A stretch of 64,000 nucleotides of DNA from a virus, in IMG/VR virus record IMGVR_UViG_3300025592_000986. One strand, written 5' to 3'. The position numbers and the translations under genes were made by a program. Within the stretch, counting starts at the first letter, position 1, and each line of letters starts with the position of its first letter. Below, piece by piece: positions 21,316 through 31,194 of this stretch. The notes beneath the pieces are model-generated. The model was given only the letters and a program-made list of their open reading frames with translations, did no database searches and was not told the origin of the DNA.

Positions 21316-22926
21316 TCAATTTACGTTGTTGAATTTACTCCTTATCGAGCGTGCTGAGCCTTGTCTTAAATATTTCCATTTAAAAGAATTTATGTTCCAT
21401 TTCATTGCAGAATTAGAAAAGGTCTCCACACTTACAAATTCAATAAGCGATGCGACGCACTGTGGTCCTCCGTTTGGAGATGGTAACGTCGGGACACCGT
21501 AAAACGGAGAAGGGTGAACGTGAGTGGACAGCGCTACGTCAAGTTGGGCTACGTTATTTACAGTAGTCTGCAGCGCTCCAACCAAAGAATCAACGATGTT
21601 GGCAAGATCGTTGATGCATTCTGCAGTGTTGTCGCCAAGTGTCATTGGCTGGAGGTTTTTGTCATCGTTGTTTGCTATGATGTCGACGCCGCGTATCTTC
21701 TTAATTCTACCACCCTGCGAATTCATCTTATCCGTTTTAGTGACGAGTTTTATACCCTCGTTGGCCACCAACCTCACTGAATCTGCCTTTATGCCCACTG
21801 CCGATCTCGCCTCGCTACTTCCAATCGTGCCTTCAACTATATTAAAGTAGGAATCGATATCAGACTTTTGAGAAATGTATATTCTAGCTGCATCAACAAG
21901 GGTACCATATTCAGTTTCCACAGGCACAAACATCGGTGAAACTTCTAGAGGTGAGTCTTTGTCGTCTACTGCTCTAGGGCTCGGTGACATTCGACCGCAT
22001 ACTATGTCTATTGCTGCTGCTTGGGAATTGCCCTTACCACCGTAACCAGATGTCAATACAGAGTTCCTGTCCCTAGTCAATACTATTGAAGCATTGTTGC
22101 TATTTGATATTATCTTATCTCCCTTGAACGGTTTGAAATTTGGCACCGGCTCGGCCATATGATCGCCGGCGACCCCCTTTCTTCCGTCAGAAGCGTCTTT
22201 AGCTCCGACTGAGCCTTGTTTTGAAAAACCAGGCATACCGGTCAAATCAATCAAGGGTTTAGTGCTGGGTAATATACCAGTAGCCCGATTGAGAAGACGG
22301 CCATAAGTGGCATTAATCGTAGAGTCTATCGAATGTCTGGACAGCGCCTCTTGGTTTAGATCTAAATCTGCTTCAATGTCTGTCGGTATCAGGCTGTCTG
22401 CAGTGTCCGGTGCTCGGGTTGAGTATTCTACACCACTGATAGTAGATATCGATCCATCTAACCCCTGCCGCAATTGAACCGTCTCCGTATCCGAACACTC
22501 TTCTTCGGTGTCAGGACGCTGGTTGGCGACACCTGAAAGTCCAGATTGTTTAATGAACTCATTATACCCTTGCAGAGATAGTCGGATCTCTGCTGGCGAG
22601 GCAACCGAGAGAGTGTTTTGCTGAACATATTCTTCGAATGTGACTATTGAAGATGACGCTGATGGATTAAATGTTGTGCTCTTTTCTCTTAATTTCCCGC
22701 TGGAGTTGAACTTATTTTTGGTTATGTTTCCTGAAAACCCCTGAGTTGATATATCGATATTCAAGTATTTCGAATTTATCCAGTCGTAGGCCTCGCGTAA
22801 GGTCTCTTCGGACGGCTTCCTCTGTATCTCGTAAGTCTCAAATACCGCTCCGGTGTGTCGCCCCAAGATGCGGACCAACACAGACTCGTAATTGTTGTTC
22901 TCAATGTGTGCTCTAACCGTAAGCAT
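21316..22926 (-). CDS. Baseplate central spike-like protein (gp5 C-terminal / gpV-like)
   Basis: Beta-helix-like stretch (AARIYISQKSD, IKADSVRLVANEGIKLVT), PMTLGDNT, and a C-terminal THVHP metal-binding HxH typical of spike tips. Confidence 0.6.
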   Translation of the reverse strand: MLTVRAHIENNNYESVLVRILGRHTGAVFETYEIQRKPSEETLREAYDWINSKYLNIDISTQGFSGNITKNKFNSSGKLREKSTTFNPSASSSIVTFEEYVQQNTLSVASPAEIRLSLQGYNEFIKQSGLSGVANQRPDTEEECSDTETVQLRQGLDGSISTISGVEYSTRAPDTADSLIPTDIEADLDLNQEALSRHSIDSTINATYGRLLNRATGILPSTKPLIDLTGMPGFSKQGSVGAKDASDGRKGVAGDHMAEPVPNFKPFKGDKIISNSNNASIVLTRDRNSVLTSGYGGKGNSQAAAIDIVCGRMSPSPRAVDDKDSPLEVSPMFVPVETEYGTLVDAARIYISQKSDIDSYFNIVEGTIGSSEARSAVGIKADSVRLVANEGIKLVTKTDKMNSQGGRIKKIRGVDIIANNDDKNLQPMTLGDNTAECINDLANIVDSLVGALQTTVNNVAQLDVALSTHVHPSPFYGVPTLPSPNGGPQCVASLIEFVSVETFSNSAMKWNINSFKWKYLRQGSARSIRSKFNNVN

Positions 22927-22943
22927 TTAGTTTATCACCATTC

Positions 22944-24623
22944 TCAAAAAAAGTTTATTCCATATATGACATCCTTCATTTCTTGAAGGGATCTGTTCAT
23001 TCTTCGTCGTCCTCCGCCAAGCTTAGATTGGATAGTTTTTCCGCTAGCGAAGTAGTTCCTGGTGTATCCGAATCCGTAAACTTTTAAAAACTCGTCTGCA
23101 AAGTTAGATTTTCGTCGCACCAAATCTTTTGTAAACTGGTAGTGCCACCACTCAGCTTGCTGTTTTGGATCACCGTAACCCTTCACTAGCCGACCACCTT
23201 CGCTCAATGCGCCGCCATAAAATTGAAGCGGATTTCTGGTTCCTGGGAAGCCTTTTAAGGATCCTATTCTGCTAAACCCGTAAAGTTCTAAATAGTGTGT
23301 CATGTCTACAAACGGACCTTCGACATACTCCAGGTAGTGACCCCCACGAGTATTACTTGGAATCCAAGCAAGTATACGTTTGTTTGGAACTGCAGGGGTG
23401 GAAGGTGCCCCAGGGTTCAAAAAGTCTGAAAAAGCTTGTCTTACTCCAGCCCTAGCGTAAAATCTAAATTTACCAGAATTGCCAGGTTCAGGGGACGCTA
23501 TGTACAAAACCTGATTATCTTGATAATTTCCCTTGTGTTCTATCAATAGATTTGTATTAAAATCAATCGCTCTGCCCAAAGTGTGCAAACTAGTGCTGCC
23601 AGGCCTACCCCCGCCGCGCTGCACAAGTCCGCCTGACGTACAAATTGGGACGCCAAGTTCGCGTGGTACCTTCATTGCCTTTTGAAATTGAGCTTCAATA
23701 TCAGCCCTTAATTTGTTCGTCTCTGGCTTTCGATTTGCTTTTGATGGTTTGAAGTAGTATCTGTTAGTTTTCGGATTGACTCCTCTTTTGACGTCAGCTA
23801 TATATGCAGGTGGCAAAGGGATCCCCTCTGGGATCGGATCTGTTTTAAAACTTTTGGAGCCAGGGATTGGACCGATAGAAGCGAAGTCTTCCATATTGAA
23901 CATTGTTGCAGGAGTGATTCGGGCGGAGCCACCGACAAAAGCACCCGACGGTGAGGGTACACTAGGTCCTCCTGGACCACCTGACCCTCCTCCACCAGAG
24001 GCTGGTCCTTGGGACGTTTCACCTACCAATCCTTTGAAGACACCGTATCTGTGTTCATCTCTGTCCAGAAACTCAACGCGAGCAGTTTTGCCGACGGCGG
24101 CAGTTAACACATCCCCGAAATCACTAGAAACAGGATTTAGTATGGAGTAAAATCTTGGATAGTTTATTATCTTTGCGTAGTCTATTTCATTTGGGGAGCC
24201 CCCAGATGATAGGGCGCTTGGAATTTCATTAGAGGTCGCAGTTCCGCCAGCGGGGATACAATAGAATACGTATACTAGTCCGTCGCCGGACTCGAACTCT
24301 TGTTTTTGTTCCTCTGTTAGCATTTCCTTTAGTTCGTTTATGGTCTCTATATCCGGGCAAGAGGCTGGGTCTTTCTTTTCTACGTGTATTATTCTGGCAA
24401 CACGTTCGCCGGTGACACCATCATCAATTCTTAAAGGGGTAGAGTTCCTAGACAAGTCTTGAAACAATAAAGAAAACATATCCACACCGTTAGCTAGGCC
24501 GGGTGCGGGATCTAGACCATATTTGGCGTCAAACGTGCTAAACCTTCTACCGGAAAGACCTGCATCTGGGTTGGCTATAAGCTTGAGTTCTTCAATCTCT
24601 TTTTCAGTGAGAGCCAAAATCAA
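22944..24623 (-). CDS. Baseplate hub-associated peptidoglycan peptidase with an M15-like Zn domain
   Basis: SLHTLGRAIDF (SxHxxGxAxD) and EWWHYQF motifs after a G/P-rich linker; baseplate context. Confidence 0.7.
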   Translation of the reverse strand: MILALTEKEIEELKLIANPDAGLSGRRFSTFDAKYGLDPAPGLANGVDMFSLLFQDLSRNSTPLRIDDGVTGERVARIIHVEKKDPASCPDIETINELKEMLTEEQKQEFESGDGLVYVFYCIPAGGTATSNEIPSALSSGGSPNEIDYAKIINYPRFYSILNPVSSDFGDVLTAAVGKTARVEFLDRDEHRYGVFKGLVGETSQGPASGGGGSGGPGGPSVPSPSGAFVGGSARITPATMFNMEDFASIGPIPGSKSFKTDPIPEGIPLPPAYIADVKRGVNPKTNRYYFKPSKANRKPETNKLRADIEAQFQKAMKVPRELGVPICTSGGLVQRGGGRPGSTSLHTLGRAIDFNTNLLIEHKGNYQDNQVLYIASPEPGNSGKFRFYARAGVRQAFSDFLNPGAPSTPAVPNKRILAWIPSNTRGGHYLEYVEGPFVDMTHYLELYGFSRIGSLKGFPGTRNPLQFYGGALSEGGRLVKGYGDPKQQAEWWHYQFTKDLVRRKSNFADEFLKVYGFGYTRNYFASGKTIQSKLGGGRRRMNRSLQEMKDVIYGINFF

Positions 24624-24919
24624 TCCTCCGCTTCGTCGTCGTCCAATTGTATTAGATCGAAGAGTTCATCCTTCTCCTTATCAGTAATACCTTCGTGTCT
24701 AGATACCTGCTTTTGTAAAATCGCTGTCAACTTAACAAGCTGCTCGTTGGACCTTTGCAGGGTTTCTACGTATTTGGCCGCTATCATTCCCACCTTCTCG
24801 TGACGCTCTTCAGTGACCATCATATATTTCATAAGATTGGTTAAGAGCGTCTTGGTCGCTGCGCGATCATCTTTAATATTCTTAATAGAATTTGCTATAA
24901 AAGTTTCTAAGTCATTCAT
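24620..24919 (-). CDS. Hypothetical helical protein (99 aa)
   Basis: Clean ORF with ATGA coupling to the next gene, preceded by a late-type motif. Confidence 0.7.
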   Translation of the reverse strand: MNDLETFIANSIKNIKDDRAATKTLLTNLMKYMMVTEERHEKVGMIAAKYVETLQRSNEQLVKLTAILQKQVSRHEGITDKEKDELFDLIQLDDDEAED

Positions 24920-24927
24920 CGTACTAA

Positions 24928-24935
24928 TAATTAGA
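24928..24935 (-). promoter_or_regulatory. Putative late-promoter element TCTAATTA heading the baseplate operon
   Basis: Lies 8 nt upstream of ATG 24919, in the short gap after the sigma factor gene. Confidence 0.45.
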
Positions 24936-24946
24936 CAAGATAGAAA

Positions 24947-25648
24947 TTATATCCTATCATAGTCCCCTCGATCCCATCTCGTCTTAAAGATTCTATACTT
25001 GTCCCTAAGTTTATTGAGATTGTTAACGACTTGTTTGGTGTTCAACCCTGTTAATTCTCTAAGATAAAGATATACAGCTTTCTTGTTGAATATCTCAATC
25101 TGTTCAGCACTATTCAGCAAGATCTTTATAGCCTCTACTACTTTTTTCTCGTTCTCTTTTAAATTAACAGAATCCCACCTGTCGATCTCTGTCATGAGTG
25201 AGTGCCAGAACTCCTGCTGCTCTCTTCTCTCGATATAATAGTTACGGTCTTCAATTAGAGTTTCGTGATTCGCCTCTTGTATCACCTCATCATAGCTTAT
25301 TTCTTTTTTATTTCTGCTTGAGTTCTTCTTTATCTTGTGAATAAACCAATGCTTTGTTATAACAGAAAAGTAAGAAAACGCCTTGGAGCCTTTGTCTGGA
25401 TTATATTTGTCTAGAACAGTAGTTAGCCAAACCTTGCACTCTTCCTTCAACGGATCTATGTTTGGCAGGTTAGTAAATTTATAAGTGTAGATGATCTTCT
25501 CAACCATTTCACTGAACGCAGGTTGGATGAACTCGATATAGAGTTGCGACCTCGTAGAAAGATCATTTGCCTCATTGTATTGGATTATGGCATTTTCGTG
25601 ATCCTTGGTGAAATAATGGTTTTTAGTTTTAGCTTTCCTCTTCTTCAA
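24947..25648 (-). CDS. Phage sigma factor, T4 gp55-like late sigma
   Basis: Region-2-like LDKYNPDKGSKAFSYFSVI, N-terminal HYFT, C-terminal helical LRELTGLNTKQV segment; directly upstream of structural genes. Confidence 0.75.
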   Translation of the reverse strand: MKKRKAKTKNHYFTKDHENAIIQYNEANDLSTRSQLYIEFIQPAFSEMVEKIIYTYKFTNLPNIDPLKEECKVWLTTVLDKYNPDKGSKAFSYFSVITKHWFIHKIKKNSSRNKKEISYDEVIQEANHETLIEDRNYYIERREQQEFWHSLMTEIDRWDSVNLKENEKKVVEAIKILLNSAEQIEIFNKKAVYLYLRELTGLNTKQVVNNLNKLRDKYRIFKTRWDRGDYDRI

Positions 25649-25937
25649 GTTCCTCTTCCTCCGTTAAGGACTCTAAAGAAAATATGCTTTCAAATTCTTG
25701 CAAGTCGACTATTATGTCTTTTGTTTGTTCCATTAGAGTCTGAAGTGACTGGTCTCCATAATACATCTCTGATTCGTGCATAGCCTGCACCGACGCTAGG
25801 AAAGATTCAAAAGTCTCCTTCAACATATCGGTGTTAGTGCTCGCGATCATTAACCTCTTGGCCACTTTTGCTGCGTAGTATATCAAAATAATATTAAGAG
25901 TTATTGAAACTGCTAAGAACAGATACTCCATAGTCAC
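25629..25937 (-). CDS. Membrane-anchored coiled-coil protein
   Basis: Hydrophobic N-terminus YLFLAVSITLNIILIYYA followed by a helical acidic region. Confidence 0.65.
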   Translation of the reverse strand: MTMEYLFLAVSITLNIILIYYAAKVAKRLMIASTNTDMLKETFESFLASVQAMHESEMYYGDQSLQTLMEQTKDIIVDLQEFESIFSLESLTEEEELEEEES

Positions 25938-26188
25938 ATCTCCTTCTTCTTGATAGTTTTCTTTTCCTGTCGAATTTCTCTTTTGGCGTCTTTAATAAAG
26001 TTCTCCACCACATCTCCGACCTTGGCCGTCACAACAGGTACGGTAAGTTTACTAACCAACATAGATGGAATCTTTTCGATTGTATCGACTTGCTCACACA
26101 AAGAACAGACTTCTAGTGCCTCACTCATTAAGTGAAAAGCTTCAAAAACACCCTCACAGCATTGACACTTATAGGTATAAATGGGCAC
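25934..26188 (-). CDS. FmdB-family zinc-ribbon protein
   Basis: MPIYTYKCQCC...CSLC pattern. Confidence 0.85.
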   Translation of the reverse strand: MPIYTYKCQCCEGVFEAFHLMSEALEVCSLCEQVDTIEKIPSMLVSKLTVPVVTAKVGDVVENFIKDAKREIRQEKKTIKKKEM

Positions 26189-26391
26189 TAATCACTACCC
26201 GAGGTTGCTTTGGTTTCCGAAAGGTACTCTTCGGGTACTTCAAAGGTTGGTGGGTTGACAACTTGAAGCTCTTCGTCGTCAGAGACCGAAAAGTCGAATG
26301 ACTTTAAAATTGGAACGATGTCCGTCTCTGATAAGATGCTTTTTTGCAAGGCCATCATGACTGCACCTAGCGCTTGGTTTGAAAGTTTCAT
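26188..26391 (-). CDS. Hypothetical protein (67 aa)
   Basis: TAATG overlaps at both ends. Confidence 0.7.
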   Translation of the reverse strand: MKLSNQALGAVMMALQKSILSETDIVPILKSFDFSVSDDEELQVVNPPTFEVPEEYLSETKATSGSD

Positions 26392-26933
26392 TAGTCTTCT
26401 CCTATGTTTTTCAGAATGAAATTGACTAAATTGTCAACGGATTCATCTACTGTCTGGTTCATTGTGTTGATCACGAGGTCTGGGCTCCTTGGTTCTTCGA
26501 AAGGGTCCGATATTCCCGTAAAATTGTTTATTCTGTTTGGGTCGCCGATGGGAAGAAGTGCCTTGGCGTACAGTCCTTTCGGGTCTCTTTCGATCAGCTT
26601 CTCGATATCGCATTCGACATACACCGTTCTCGCGAGGCTGTTCTGCTGGGTAACCTCTTTGCGAACATTGTCATATGGATTGATCGCAGACATGATGCAG
26701 ATTACATTGTTTCTGGATAACACTTTTCCTACAAAAGATAGTCTTCTAATGTTTGTGTTCCTGTCCTCTTTTGAGAAACCTAGGTCCTTGCACAAACCTT
26801 CTCTATATTCGTCGCCATCAATAATTTCTACATTATGGCCCATCTCTTTTAACCTACTAACCGCCTTGAATCCCATTGTAGATTTCCCAGCGCCGGACAT
26901 ACCCGTCATTTGAACAAAAATACCACTCATCAC
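26391..26933 (-). CDS. cysC: Adenylyl-sulfate (APS) kinase
   Basis: TGMSGAGKST P-loop, DGDEYR, DLGFSKEDRNTNIRR, RDPKGLY, FTGISDPFEEP. Confidence 0.95.
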   Translation of the reverse strand: MMSGIFVQMTGMSGAGKSTMGFKAVSRLKEMGHNVEIIDGDEYREGLCKDLGFSKEDRNTNIRRLSFVGKVLSRNNVICIMSAINPYDNVRKEVTQQNSLARTVYVECDIEKLIERDPKGLYAKALLPIGDPNRINNFTGISDPFEEPRSPDLVINTMNQTVDESVDNLVNFILKNIGED

Positions 26934-27331
26934 ATATCCCCTAAATACTTAACAACCAAATTATGAATTGAAGAATCTACATTGTCTTTCCAAGAATCGT
27001 TACCAATTCTAACGCCTTCTCGTATGCTTGTTGCAGATATAAAACCAATGTTCTGCGGAGGGACGTGCTCGTTAAGTTGGTACCCAACGCCGCGTCCCCA
27101 ATTGACACTTTCAATGTCTGGGATGGTAACAACTTCAACATCGTTATCTTTGTAGACTTTTTTGATCATCTCTACTGTCTGCTGGGTTGTAAACGGGTTT
27201 TTTTCATCTGGTGGTATATCTCTCACTGCGATGAGGATCGGTTTGTTTTGAGATAACTTTTCATTAATCAGCCACTTGTGTCCGTTGTGAAATGGTTGCC
27301 ATCTGCCTATAAACATTGCTCTTTTATCCAT
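26930..27331 (-). CDS. HIGH-superfamily nucleotidyltransferase, NMNAT/cytidyltransferase-like; candidate minimal sulfate adenylyltransferase
   Basis: FIGRWQPFHNGH, KNPFT, ISATSIRE; overlaps cysC. Confidence 0.75.
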   Translation of the reverse strand: MDKRAMFIGRWQPFHNGHKWLINEKLSQNKPILIAVRDIPPDEKNPFTTQQTVEMIKKVYKDNDVEVVTIPDIESVNWGRGVGYQLNEHVPPQNIGFISATSIREGVRIGNDSWKDNVDSSIHNLVVKYLGDM

Positions 27332-28184
27332 CTGAAACTGCCCTTCCTTTTAATTTTTCCCAGTCTTTCTCTGGTCTTACATTTAAATTTGTTTTCCAAG
27401 CCCCCTTGAGGACGTTCATATTTATTCCGATTGAGTCTGCGTAAGTCATAAATGCATTAATATCTTTTGGAAAGCAGGAACCGCCAAACCCTCTACGCCC
27501 GTCGGGCCCAGGTACTTGTAAATGGGAGTCCCCAACGCGGCCGTCAGATACAAAACCTTCAACTGCCTTGTCCCAGTCGACATCTAACAGTTTATCAGCT
27601 ACTAACTTCATCTCGTTCATAAAAGAAACCTTGACAGCAAAAAAGAGATTGTTGAAATACTTTATCATCTCGGCTGTCTCGTACGTTGTTTCAATAAAAT
27701 AATTTGAACTAAACCTAGTTTCATAAAGCTCTTTCACTTTTGCAGAGCCTTGTCCGGCGGTTGAACCAAGAATAATTCTGCTCTGGTTGAGAAAGTCGAA
27801 CCTAGCGTGGCGTTCAGTCAAAAACTCTGGGTTGAAAACAACATTGATGTCTGGGTATTTTTCTGTCAGCCTGCGGGTTGTACCCGGTGTAACTGTGGAC
27901 TTGAGCACAAATACTGTTTGGCTCTCTGGGTGCTTCAGTCTTTTTATATCGTCGAATACACTCTCAACAATAGACAAGTCTATCAAGCCATCACTTGTCA
28001 TCGGAGTTGGGACGCAGACGAACACCACATCAGAATCATTAACCACCCCTGCAAGGCCTTGCGTAAAGCCGTCACCTGAGCACTTGTCTGGATCTTTGTC
28101 GTAGACTTTGACCTCCATAAACGGAATAAATGCGTGTGCGATCGCATTCCCAACAAAGCCGTTCCCAATAATACCTAACTTCAT
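27324..28184 (-). CDS. ugd: UDP-glucose/GDP-mannose 6-dehydrogenase family, short form lacking the C-terminal domain
   Basis: GNGFVG, FVCVPTP, KSTVTPGTT, FNPEFL, AEMIKY, GFGGSCFPKD. Confidence 0.85.
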   Translation of the reverse strand: MKLGIIGNGFVGNAIAHAFIPFMEVKVYDKDPDKCSGDGFTQGLAGVVNDSDVVFVCVPTPMTSDGLIDLSIVESVFDDIKRLKHPESQTVFVLKSTVTPGTTRRLTEKYPDINVVFNPEFLTERHARFDFLNQSRIILGSTAGQGSAKVKELYETRFSSNYFIETTYETAEMIKYFNNLFFAVKVSFMNEMKLVADKLLDVDWDKAVEGFVSDGRVGDSHLQVPGPDGRRGFGGSCFPKDINAFMTYADSIGINMNVLKGAWKTNLNVRPEKDWEKLKGRAVSDG

Positions 28185-28211
28185 ACCTCTAACCCTTCTT
28201 TGACATTTAAA

Positions 28212-29084
28212 CTATTTTGTCAAATCTTCTTTTAATCTCTCAAAAACATTTTTAAGTCCACTCTTGAGTGAGACCTTCGGGACCCACCCTAGAGCTTTAA
28301 ACTTCCCTAGATCTGCCTCGGTATACATAACATCGCCTTCTCTTGGTTCGACAAAATTAAATTTAACCTCTGGAAAATATTCCTTAACAACGTCTGCCAG
28401 TTCTAGTAAACTTATGTTGTCACCAGAACCAATATCATACCACGTACCCCACAGTTTTTTATCACTTATATTCTCGGCACAAAAGATGTTTGCAGAAACG
28501 ATGTCATCAACGTGTGTCATGTCCCTCCTCTGCTTTCCGTCACCAGTGATGAATGGGATTTTACCTTCAGTTATAAACTTTTTCCAATTACAGACCACAG
28601 TAGCATACTCACTATTGGCCTCTTGGTCGTAAGAATAAACATTGAAATACCTAAGAGCGACAGTCTTTAAACCATAAAGCTTGTTGTAGAGCAGGGTTTC
28701 CATCTCACCAACATATTTAGAAAGGGCATATGGGCTTGCAGGGCCATCACCATTCCCTATAACGGACGATGAACTACTGTATATTACTGGTATGTCTTTC
28801 TTTTTTGCCCAATCCAATATAACAGTTGTAGAGTTTACATTGTTTTCCATAACTAGACGGGGAAACTCTACACTAAAAGCCACCCTAGGTATTGCGGCGA
28901 AATGCACTACGACATCTATCGCGTTTGCCTCGTGCCCAACGTGGATACCCTTTATACCGCTACAAATGTCAAATGCGTGATTATTCTTGTAATCGTATCC
29001 GACCCAGGTGTGACCAAGCTCTTCCCACTTTTTAACAAAGTTTCCACCAATATAGCCGAGGTGTCCCGTGACTAGTGCTCTCAT
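28212..29084 (-). CDS. NAD-dependent nucleotide-sugar epimerase/dehydratase
   Basis: TGHLGYIG, SSSS, YALSK, LRYFNVY, GDGKQRRD. Confidence 0.92.
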   Translation of the reverse strand: MRALVTGHLGYIGGNFVKKWEELGHTWVGYDYKNNHAFDICSGIKGIHVGHEANAIDVVVHFAAIPRVAFSVEFPRLVMENNVNSTTVILDWAKKKDIPVIYSSSSSVIGNGDGPASPYALSKYVGEMETLLYNKLYGLKTVALRYFNVYSYDQEANSEYATVVCNWKKFITEGKIPFITGDGKQRRDMTHVDDIVSANIFCAENISDKKLWGTWYDIGSGDNISLLELADVVKEYFPEVKFNFVEPREGDVMYTEADLGKFKALGWVPKVSLKSGLKNVFERLKEDLTK

Positions 29085-29767
29085 AGATATCCCAATTCCT
29101 TTAGATATTTTTCAAAAACTGGTAATTCTTCAGGTGTACAGATAGATTTGTAGGCTTCCGAATCTTTGCCAATAGCTTTGTCGCTGACTTTTCTTTTGCC
29201 GTACTTCTTTTCGTTACCCAAACCCGCCCGAGCCAGAACCGAAACATTCCAGTCAAAAACCCAATCCTCTACATAATCAGGATATTCCGAAAAGGAGCTT
29301 TTAGATTTCAATCCAAACTTGGCCTCTATTTTTTTCTGCACCTGGTTAGGTGTTCTAACCAGGTCTTCGTAGGAAATTTCCAAATCTACAAGGTTGCCAA
29401 ACAAAACTTTATCCCTTTGCTCGATGCAGCTAATCCACCTTTCCGGCTTTACATAGTTACCATCTGACAAGATAACATCTCGACCGTCGCGAACAACGTT
29501 GATTATGCTGATATTGTCTTTAAGAACCTTGGCTGCTTGATATTGAGCGGATTTGTGGTAAGTCGTACTGAGAAATGCTGGTGGGTGTCTCTTTCCTATA
29601 ACGAAGTCTTGGTTGCTTTTGTATTCTAGAAACTCTTCAAAGCTTAGCTCGTGGCCATCAAAACCTTCTTTGTAAACGACCTCAGTGTCCCTGAAGGCGT
29701 AACACATCCTTAATAACAGTGTGGTGCCCGACTTTGCGCAACCTGTGATAAAAATCTTTTTACTCAT
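29081..29767 (-). CDS. PAPS-dependent sulfotransferase
   Basis: 5'-PSB loop GCAKSGTTLL, 3'-PB VRDGRDVILS, ISYEDLV. Start set at ATG 29767 (TAATG overlap). Confidence 0.85.
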   Translation of the reverse strand: MSKKIFITGCAKSGTTLLLRMCYAFRDTEVVYKEGFDGHELSFEEFLEYKSNQDFVIGKRHPPAFLSTTYHKSAQYQAAKVLKDNISIINVVRDGRDVILSDGNYVKPERWISCIEQRDKVLFGNLVDLEISYEDLVRTPNQVQKKIEAKFGLKSKSSFSEYPDYVEDWVFDWNVSVLARAGLGNEKKYGKRKVSDKAIGKDSEAYKSICTPEELPVFEKYLKELGYL

Positions 29768-30384
29768 TATATCTCCCAAGTCTTGTACTCTGGTTCTTTT
29801 GTTTTGTTTGAGTCGTGCATTCTATACCTATAAAATGGAATCCTCAAGTGGTGGATTTTGTATTCTTCTCCCAGTCTTTTCCTCAGTTCCTCTTCTTCTC
29901 TATGTCTCATTTTACCATTGTAGCCGCCAGAGGACAAAAAAAGATCAGTTCTGTACATTATACCACAAGAGATGTTGTTTTTTTCTGCATATTTCCTGTC
30001 GATCGTATCTTCAAAATTGTTGACTATCAGGTAGTCGGAAGAGACGCAAAAAGCGTCATGATTAGCCTCAAGATATTTAGACATTATAAAAGACATATCT
30101 TTATTTATGTAATCATCCGCATCTACACGAAAGAAGAATTGGCCACGAGCCTTTGAAATTCCTAAATTTGCTGCTGTGGCAACTCCAGAATTCGTGTTTG
30201 TCTTGAATGTCTTTATCTGATCTCCGAAGGGTTCTATCTTTGAGAGACTGTCATCAGTACTGCAATCATCAACCAATATAACCTCAGTGCCGGTGCCGTG
30301 TTGATCTAGACAACTCCTTAGACATCTTGGTAAATATTTTCCATAATTGTAATTTGTAACGATGATCGAAACCTTTGGACTCAT
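29767..30384 (-). CDS. Glycosyltransferase family 2
   Basis: VSIIVTNYNY, LVDDCSTD, RVDADD, YRYRMH. Confidence 0.92.
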   Translation of the reverse strand: MSPKVSIIVTNYNYGKYLPRCLRSCLDQHGTGTEVILVDDCSTDDSLSKIEPFGDQIKTFKTNTNSGVATAANLGISKARGQFFFRVDADDYINKDMSFIMSKYLEANHDAFCVSSDYLIVNNFEDTIDRKYAEKNNISCGIMYRTDLFLSSGGYNGKMRHREEEELRKRLGEEYKIHHLRIPFYRYRMHDSNKTKEPEYKTWEI

Positions 30385-31088
30385 ACCGCCTCCATAATAT
30401 CAAATTGTCTGATCAAATCTTTAAATTGTTTTAGAGACTCGTAGTCGAAAGACCCAAGGTGACCTTTTTCTCTATTTGACTGTGAAAAAATACTGCTTGT
30501 GTAGTGCTTCTCTAATATCTTTGCGCCGTTCAAGTAGGCCTTGAGTGCAGGCACTATTCCGATCGCGTGGTCACTGTAGCCGTGGTATCCACTCTCAGAA
30601 AACCTGCTTGGCATAATCTTCAACAGAGGGTCATCTAAATAAGTAGGATATTTAGAAACGCAGAACAAGTACCTTATGTTCTCCGAAAACCCAAATGGAA
30701 ATTCGTTAAGGGCGCAGGCACCTGTAGAAATAATCGTTGGTATGTCTAAACCAAGTATGGATTCACACAGAGACCTGTCTTCTCTGACTGTTCTGCTAGC
30801 TATCTTCATCCTTTTGATTCCGGCATCGAGTATCCACTTCAGTCTTTCTGAATCGAAAGGGGTCGCCATCAGTTCAATTGAGTGTTGGTCACAGAACTCT
30901 GTAAGTTCAAAAAACTGTGTTTTAGTCACATCTCGATATTTCTTGTCTTTTGTTCCGAAGTGTTTTTCGGAGTCTATCAATTGCACTTTCACGACGTCAG
31001 CACCCGAAATAGAAGCATTCAATGCCATTCGTTTTAGTTCAGACAAAGAACCATGGTGCTGATTGCATAAATCGACTATTATTTCCAA
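30381..31088 (-). CDS. neuB: NeuB-family nonulosonate synthase lacking the C-terminal SAF domain
   Basis: NQHHGS, GADVVKVQ, TPFD, KIAS, ISTG, CVSKYP, GYSDH, LEKHYT; TTG start with AGGAG SD. Confidence 0.88.
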   Translation of the reverse strand: MEIIVDLCNQHHGSLSELKRMALNASISGADVVKVQLIDSEKHFGTKDKKYRDVTKTQFFELTEFCDQHSIELMATPFDSERLKWILDAGIKRMKIASRTVREDRSLCESILGLDIPTIISTGACALNEFPFGFSENIRYLFCVSKYPTYLDDPLLKIMPSRFSESGYHGYSDHAIGIVPALKAYLNGAKILEKHYTSSIFSQSNREKGHLGSFDYESLKQFKDLIRQFDIMEAV

Positions 31089-31194
31089 TTAAGTACTCCT
31101 TGTTATTAGTAATATTATACAGACCATCTTTTGATAACTCAGACTCAACTTGACAAGAGCCGCATTATAAAACAGTTTTACTGGAATGTTCATA

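Noticed and set aside
31089-31193. 34-codon ORF between the FkbM gene and neuB
   Set aside because: No SD or recognisable features; could be chance in an AT-rich spacer.
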